This document shows, one piece after another, positions 56,646 through 64,000 of a stretch of DNA of 64,000 bases. The translations under genes and the position numbers were made by a program. This DNA comes from Tubiluchus corallicola. Taxonomy: Eukaryota; Animalia; Priapulida. The notes under the pieces are model-generated. The model saw only the letters and a program-made list of their open reading frames with translations. It made no database searches and was not told the origin of the DNA. The stretch lies in assembly GCA_030141605.1 (NCBI GenBank), contig JAQGDQ010000353.1, positions 6,828 to 70,827 on the forward strand, written 5' to 3'. Numbering within the stretch: position 1 is the first letter of the stretch; each line of letters begins with the position of its first letter.

Positions 56646-57067
56646 AAGCTTGAGAGGCCCTAAACTGTAGCCTATGCTAGCCTATAGGATAATCCAGTGC
56701 TGTCATCAAAGCTCGAGAGGCCCTAAACTGTAGCCTATGCTAGCCTATAGGGTAATCCAGTGCTGTCATCAAAGCTTGAGAGGCCCTAAACTGTAGCCTA
56801 TGCTAGCCTATAGGGTAATCCAGTGCTGTCATCAAAGCTCGAGAGGCCCTAAACTGTAGCCTATGCTAGCCTATAGGGTAATCCAGTGCTGTCATCAAAG
56901 CTCGAGAGGCCCTAAACTGTAGCCTATGCTAGCCTATAGGGTAATCCAGTGCTGTCATCAAGGCTCGAGAGGCCCTAAACTGTAGCCTATGCTAGCCTAT
57001 AGGGTAATCCAGTGCTGTCATCAAAGCTCGAGAGTCCCTAAACTGTAGCCTATACTAGCCTATAGGT
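56646..57067. repeat. 63-bp minisatellite, about 6.6 copies
   Basis: GAGAG(G) motif at 56652, 56715, 56778, 56841, 56904, 56967, 57030; unit contains a hAT-like end TAATCCAGTGCTG. Confidence 0.96.
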
Positions 57068-58004
57068 TACTTTCTACACTTATCAACTGGATCTTTGAAC
57101 AAACATCGCACAGGAAATTCAACCGGATGTGCTTTGCCGCCATTACAAAATGGCTTCCAGTGATGAGCTTCATCAGTCAAACCTTATTTCCTCGATATAT
57201 GATTTGGAAGTTCCTGCCTCCCAAAGCCAATAATAAGTCCCGGAAGGTGCACGTCTTTTACACAATTACCTCTTATGCCTCCCATTAATAACTCACGAAG
57301 GAAAGCCACTTATGACGGGAAATTGAATAGCGGGTATCATTGTTAACATGGTATACAGGTTTAAAGAATGGATGATGTTTGGTGGCATTTTTTGTGAGTA
57401 GTGTAATTTACTAATACAGAAAGTAAGCAGACATGTTTATTATCGTCCTGTACATGTTTCTTCTTACTGAGGGCTTCACCAGGGATTCCAAAACAGTCTA
57501 ACATTACATTATTCACCAAAACGTAGCTATACGAATGTTACGCATGTTATGCATTGAGTACCAGTTGTAAAACATTTCAAAAGCTCACCACAATTCTACT
57601 ACATATTCAGAAAAAATGAGCATTTCAGTCCACCAGTTACGTCATTATTCTCCGCTTTGTTTCTGTTAATAAGCTTTTCATAGTTTCATTGTGCGCACGC
57701 GCAGTTGCTGTAGGTCAAAGCTTACATGTACCACACCACAGCAATGCGTCTTAACTGCAATCGTCATGTGACATGTGTGTAAATCAAAGCCGTCTGCTGC
57801 TTCAGTTCAGTAAGTTCAGTTGTTTTACGCGGACTTTACTTAATAATGCATTAGTCTGTGCATAGAGTAATTTACTAGCAGGATCTTGCTTGGAAACAAG
57901 AAAAAATGATCTAGGTTAAAGTTCTAGCTAACTGTTAAAACTGTTACTATTACACTAGCATGGGTTGCGAGGCGTAGTCAAGTGTACACAAATGCATTGT
58001 CTGG

Positions 58005-58353
58005 TACACTTAACCTTTGACCTTTTGACAATCATCGTCAATCGCTGGAACTGTGAAAAGGCTTATTACTTCTATGCCTGCTAAGCGTAAACCCAGCACC
58101 ACTACCTCAGTACTTATGACGTCATACTCGCAACTTCATTACCTTCACGTCAGCACCCGCTGCGAAGAATGTCAAGGTTGTGCGTTCGCCCGCGTGTTGT
58201 ATTATATAGGACGTCAAGATTTTTACTAACAAGCTTCAATGTGGCGTAGCTTAATAATATTGTAGCGCGCGGTTCAATATCATTCCGCTTTTATTATAGA
58301 CTATTTACACACCAGAATCGATTGAGGATTTCGCTGTGATTCCCCGAGTAAGC
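58005..58353 (+). promoter_or_regulatory. Candidate promoter and non-coding first exon
   Basis: Perfect CRE TGACGTCA at 58117-58124 plus CRE-like TCACGTCA and GGACGTCA; TATATA at 58203-58208; TGACCT half-sites; donor CGA|GTAAGC at 58348. Confidence 0.35.
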
Positions 58354-58368
58354 TGAGAACTTGCTTAA

Positions 58369-58928
58369 AGGAAAACCGGATGATTGTTTAGACTCAATCT
58401 CATTTTAATTTACTGTCCAAAATATACATCTTCTCGCCTATAAATAGGTTAACAATTGTTTCTTGTATTTGAATAATTAGCTTAGAAAGTTAATTAACGG
58501 CAACCAAACACAGCTATAGCTTACGTCAGAAGCTAACCACAGTTTGTGCAATGGTAGGCATCTTCCCTTGCGCGTCAAGCACGTTTGCGTACGTCTTACA
58601 GTACTGCCAAAGTACTGCTTAAACGCGTGATTTCACGAAAATGAGCTCTACGTCATATAACGTCAGAAACTAACAATGCACTTCACAATCATGGTTATCA
58701 CGGTACCACCTTCTGTTTGTCGGCCACGTGCATGTGACAAAAAAGCGCCGTTGCCAATCTTAATAGGTTCACTGAGCAGCGCGTAGCTTTGAAAATTTAA
58801 CGAAATTTGAGTATCCGAGGTAATTATTATTTAATCTACACTTTGATATAAAAAAGCTGTTGTAGCATTCAATATTTTAGAGCATTCTTTATTCTGAACT
58901 AATGTTTACACAGTCGCCCGGTTTTCTT
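58369..58928. mobile_element. Kolobok/T2-type MITE family B, full length, inverted
   Basis: TTAA|AGGAAAACCGG ... CCGGTTTTCTT|TTAA. Confidence 0.9.
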
Positions 58929-59152
58929 TTAAGCAGATAGTTTACGGCTTTGTATTTGTTTATTTGACTAACCGTTATAAATTCGTAGTATGTAGATTGC
59001 GTAGCGTACCCTTGCGTGCACATATTAATTGTAACCCGTTTATAGTTTGGCTCCAGTCTACAATGTTTCCACTTTTCCACGAGAACATGATGAACACAGC
59101 AGAAAATATCAGAAATACTGTCAATACTTTGTACAGGGTGATTAAGTATTAA

Positions 59153-59505
59153 AGCAAAACCGGACCCAATCTTAAACTGTAGGTCAAAACAATCTACTCT
59201 TTAAAATATTGAAAGGAAACGTACTATTAATTTTTAAAAAATGACTTGCATGAAAGAATTATTACCACACAAACACAATTTCACGTTCGCGCCACTAGTT
59301 CTTCGCTGTTACATGCATTTCGCCACTCGCTAATTAGATGGACACTAGCGCCTGCATTTCAGCAACGCATTGCACACAAAACAGGTGTTGTGCGTCTCAG
59401 TTGAGAGTTAGTTTGTGACGAACTGCACACGTTCAACACCTCATGAAAGAGCACAACGGTAAATTTTAAATCAGAATTTTTATCTCAAATCTTGCCTAGT
59501 TTTAG
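59153..59505. mobile_element. Kolobok/T2-type MITE family A, partial
   Basis: TTAA|AGCAAAACCGG start; aligns with 1229-1545. Confidence 0.82.
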
Positions 59506-60195
59506 TATTTTGAAAAAGGAACCCTCCTCTGGACTTATAATAAATTATTCTTCTTCATCAAACTTAGACGTATTGCAATCCCTCCTGGTCACCAGTTAAT
59601 TAAAGTGATGAAGAGGACGACCAGTTAATTAGTGTGATAAACACATCGCTGCTTTTGAAGTTATAAGTTTCTGATTAACTGAGACAGTTTGCACGCCATC
59701 TTTTCATCATTTATAACCTCAAGCTTGTTTATCTACATTAATAATAGAAGTGAGTATATTGCTTCGTTATGAAATCGTAGTGAGGAGATATACGATAAAA
59801 GCCATAGAATTAACGTCCGTAGGGATAAAGCAGTGTGATGGTAAACTTAGCTGGTTATTACGAAATTTATATAGAGCGTACGATGAAACATACTAGAATT
59901 GAAACAGAAGAATTAGACAATGAAAAAGTTTAAAACACAAACTGTTATTTTTTATACAAAAACTCTCATGTATGCCAACGAGAAAAGTATGCAAATGATT
60001 AACCCGTCCTAACAAGTAAGAGTTACGTTGCTGACGCTTGCTGGCTGTGATGCTCTGAAGCCTTTAGCAGAGCAGATAAGTGTATGCGAAGCACGTGACA
60101 GAAACGATAATGTAACAAAGCGCCGTGCAACGTAAAGATAGTACATTTATTAAGCACGTGTTTATAGCGCACACATCTATGTACAAAAGAGGTTA

Positions 60196-60699
60196 TATTT
60201 TTTTTAATAATAATAATAAATCTTTATTAAAGAAATGAACATATATACAAAAAGGTGCCTCTTTTTGCAGGCTCAGATCAACAATTTACATTTTCATATA
60301 ACAAATCTTTTAAATATTTCCAGTTTCACACTAGGTACAACGAATAACATATTATACTTAAATTAGATTTAATTTCAAATGATTCACAAGTATTATACCC
60401 ACAAATTAACTTTACACACCTACATAATTTATTTTTGTATACTCGAGCGGGTCTAAGTTAACAATTATTCAGTATAAAACTATCTCCGATCAGGTTAGTG
60501 GAAGCCATTATTAAATTTTTATCAGATTGAAGCATAATATTACGTGTATAATTGGCATCAGCATATTTCTATGAAACGCATTCTTTTTGCATTATCTATT
60601 TTATTGCATCTGAATAAAATGTGCTGAGAAGTTTGCTCTTCTTCTCCACATGGACATAAACTAGTATCACTCATATTAAATCTATACAAAAAGCCAGTT
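60196..60699 (-). mobile_element. 5'-truncated LINE insertion with TSD
   Basis: Minus-strand FLYRFNMSDTSLCPCGEEEQTSQHILFRC (CCHC knuckle); AATAAA + (TTA)n/A tail; 11-bp TSD AAAAGAGGTTA at 60185-60195 and 60700-60710. Confidence 0.85.
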
Positions 60700-61350
60700 A
60701 AAAGAGGTTAGAGCAACTCGCGTCGCCTCCAAGAGCTTACACGACGATTAAGTCCGTGTGTACGGGAGGAGCCGACTTATATATATATATATATATATAT
60801 ATTATAGGTATATATATATACCCCGCTCCAGAAATGATTCAAATCTGGACGCGTCTCGTTACGATAATGCTGGTAATGCTGGTATTTATTTAAGGAGGGA
60901 CGATTTCAGTCTTCTTCTTTTGCTGCAGTTTAAACTAGTTATTAGGCACTTATATTGCGAGTTAACATGGACTTTGTATGAATTTGCATCTTAGCGCTAA
61001 CATCGCGGAAGTTCTAAAGACTTCAACTATGTCTACGTGGTGCTGACGTATTTTTCATTTTGCTGTTTTAAATTTTGTTTTTGAGCGTTATCATCTTTAA
61101 TTTCTCATCTTACTTCGGTAGTCTGTTCTCATCTGTTCCGAGTTCGGAGTCTTGTAGAAAAGCCTTTGGATTCACGGCTTTGGCGGGATAGTTTGGCTTC
61201 TTTTTTGTGGTTAGAGCACAAAATGCAGCCTCTCCTCTTTAAGAGAAAGCGTTATCTAATGTCTTGCCATCCTTGTGAGGCTACGGCGCATTTCACAGTG
61301 AGAACGCGCAGCAAAACTCCTCGTGCAGTTTCTCGTGAGCAATTGTGCCT

Positions 61351-61895
61351 CCAGTTAAAAGCTATGCGTCCTCCTCGTGAGGAATTCTGCCTCTAGTTAA
61401 AAGCTATGCGTCCTCCTCGTGAGGAACTCTGCCTCTAGTTAAAAGCTATGCGTCCTCTTCGTGTGGAATTCTGCTTCCAGTTAAAAGCTATGCGTCCTCC
61501 TCGTGAGGAACTCTGCCTCTAGTTAAAAGCTATGCGTCCTGTTCGTTTGGAATTCTGCTTCCAGTTAAAAGCTATGCGTCCTCCTCGTGAGGAACTCTGT
61601 CTCTAGTTAAAAGCTATGCGTCCTCTTCGTTTGGAATTCTGCTTCCAGTTAAAAGCTATGCGTCCTCCTCGTGAGGAACTCTGTCTCTAGTTAAAAGCTA
61701 TGCGTCCTCTTCGTGTGGAATTCTGCCTCTAGTTAAAAGCTATGCGTCCTACTCGTGAGGAATCCTGTCTCTGGTTAAAAGCTATGCGTCCTCCTCGTGA
61801 GGAACTCTGTCTCTAGTTAAAAGCTATGCGTCCTCTTCGTGTGGAATTCTGCTTCCAGTTAAAAGCTATGCGTCCTCCTCTTGAGGAATTTTGCT
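61351..61895. repeat. 42-bp minisatellite, about 13 copies
   Basis: Unit AGTTAAAAGCTATGCGTCCTCCTCGTGAGGAACTCTGCCTCT with two alternating variants. Confidence 0.96.
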
Positions 61896-63242
61896 TTTGG
61901 TAGAAATACTGCATGTTTCATCTTCCCGAGACATCCTCGCTAAATTCAGTCTTAAATTTAACTACTCAATTACTTCTTTCTTATTTAGAGAACAACAATT
62001 AACACATTTTAGGATAAGATTCTAAGATTTAATCTCTCTGTTGACAGACTGACGTTTTCATATTTTATTAATGCAACATCGATTGCTATATTCGTTATAA
62101 ATAAAAATAACGCACGCCTTTATTTATTTCATACGTGTACATTTTCAGATTTTGAAATGGTTAGTAGAACTTTACTAAAAAAAACAAACCGGTCTGACAT
62201 TACATTGACTAATATTATTAATTGTACTTTGTATATGAGAAACACGGCAAGTATAACTTAATTTAGACATGGTTATGCAGTATAAAACTCGCAAAGTAGC
62301 TGCTGCTAACAGGTTTCACTGTGAAATGACTTTCTTGCTGCATGGGATTTCGAGAAAAACTGGAAATTTCAAAAAAATTCCCTGCGCCATTTTCCCTTGC
62401 ATCCTCACTGTGAATTGGGTCTAGCAAGTTCCATTGAGGAAGTTCTTGTCCTGGGGTAGAAATGTGTGGAAGTAATTTTTGCTGTTTATTTGCTGTTGCA
62501 TCATATGTTTACCAATGTTTTTAAAGGTATTTTAAACAGAGCTGGTCTTGGCAGTAGTTCGTAATTAGTCATCTAGATGTCACTGGAAGACTGCAATTGT
62601 CGCTTATTGTACCGAGTACGCGATTGTAGTATTGTGTGATCCATTTAATTGTTAGTCTACTACACTAAAGTACTGAATTAGTCTATGCTGCCATCTACAC
62701 TCGTTGTTTTGCTCTAATTGTACAAAGTTTGTCAGAGACTGATTTTTGTTTCTAAATATTATTTCCTTTTGCTTTGATAGATGTTCATTAATCAGAGTAA
62801 TTAGATTGTTAATTTCATGCTTTAATTCTGGTTCTAACTCTCTTATTCAAGTTTAAATACAGAAAAATTATAACATTATAACACAGCTTTCTGTAAACCA
62901 ATAATCTTTATTCTGCTATCAAAGAAGCCAAGTAGACTTTGATTTTGGTTTAACTAGTAGTCTGTAGAGTATAGGTGACCTTTCCATTTATGGTCTGTAT
63001 GGATGAATGTAATGTACCTTCCAATAGGAACTTGTATGTCTGGTCATGTGATTACAGCTTTATTCTCTCGGGCATGCAAGTTTCAGTTGATCTAGAGACA
63101 GCATTGAGAAAGGATGCAAATTTTCTACTGTTAAATATCATATTGCTAACTTTATGACTGTTTGTTCAATTTTATGGTCTGTGTACGTTTTGCAATTAAA
63201 TGATTGCAAATTTCTAGAGCAATGAAGTTTTTCGTTTTTTAG

Positions 63243-63675
63243 ATTGAAGCCAAAACTGAAGCTGAAGCCTCCCCCGCCAGGCCAGTAGTTAGTTCAAGCT
63301 CAAAAGAAGGTCAGTGTAGAAATGAACTGGCCAGCATGACCAGCAACGCATCAGCTATAGGCCTAGGACGGGAAAACCTACTTCCCTACAACAATTTCCT
63401 GGATGTTTCCTGCGTAAGCTGTTACACGTACACGTTTCGCAGCCCGGGAAAGCTGTTCTCTTGCGCGGGCGTTCTGGGATCCGAACGGAACGACCGGCTG
63501 TGCGAGCTGACTCGGAACGGAACCGTGGAACACGTTCCGGACTGGAGGAACGATTCCAGTTCTGTGTACAACACGCTGACCTCCTCCGAAGCAGAGAAGT
63601 GGAGATCGTGTTGCATGTTGGCACAAGAATGTTGTGATAAACAATTGGATGCTGTTTCTGAAAGTAAACAAACAA
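63243..63675 (+). CDS. Internal coding exon; probable N-terminal extracellular region of a calcitonin-receptor-like class B (secretin family) GPCR
   Basis: Polypyrimidine+AG acceptor at 63241-63242; donor CAA|GTATGT at 63676; 144 open codons with raised GC; IEAK...QCRNEL...SCVSCYTYTF...KWRSCCMLAQECCDKQL; three N-glycosylation sequons (NAS, NGT, NDS). Confidence 0.8.
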
Positions 63676-64000
63676 GTATGTTTTATTTTTTGTACCTATA
63701 AAACAACAAAATAAATAATTTTACTATCTGTAGCTTGTAAGCGCAAACTTAGCTATAGCGATAGCAAGCTGTTTGCTATTCTGAGATGGAAAAAAACATC
63801 AGGTGTGGTTGGTTGATTGACTCACACCTGTTGTTTTCATCGTTGTCGTCATCATCGTCATCGTCGTCGCCGTCAGGGAAAAGATTAACTGCAGATGTAT
63901 AACGCAAAAGCACGCTCATATTGATTAGTAACAAGTAAGAGTTGGTGTATATATATGTAACGAATCTTTGACATGGCCAATTGCGCATGCGCAGTGACTT

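Noticed and set aside
56646-57067. CRISPR-like regularly spaced repeats (also 2971-3277, 61351-61895, 42750-43735)
   Set aside because: Units are identical end to end with no unique spacers; eukaryotic context and no cas genes

Overview
Repeat-dominated, AT-rich eukaryotic genomic DNA, most likely from an invertebrate animal. It is essentially intergenic/intronic and has one assembly gap (40493-41049). Almost all ORFs in the supplied track are microsatellite or minisatellite artefacts. The only convincing host coding sequence is a 433-nt exon at 63243-63675 (+) encoding a cysteine-rich extracellular segment resembling the N-terminal extension of invertebrate calcitonin-receptor-like class B GPCRs; a CRE/TATA-bearing promoter candidate lies about 5 kb upstream. 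The rest is a dense mosaic of non-autonomous mobile DNA. This includes at least four TTAA-flanked AG...CT Kolobok/T2-type MITE families, hAT-type elements with 8-bp TSDs (one nested), a Tc1/mariner-type and a piggyBac-type MITE, and foldback elements. Retroelements include a bipartite RTE-derived short retroposon in two copies, an internally deleted Gypsy-type LTR element with a tRNA-Leu PBS, and several LINE fragments. Many minisatellites arose inside or from the ends of these elements. No CRISPR, rRNA or intact tRNA gene was seen, and I found no evidence of a new enzymatic system. Family assignments come from termini, TSDs and recalled motifs, not from database searches.
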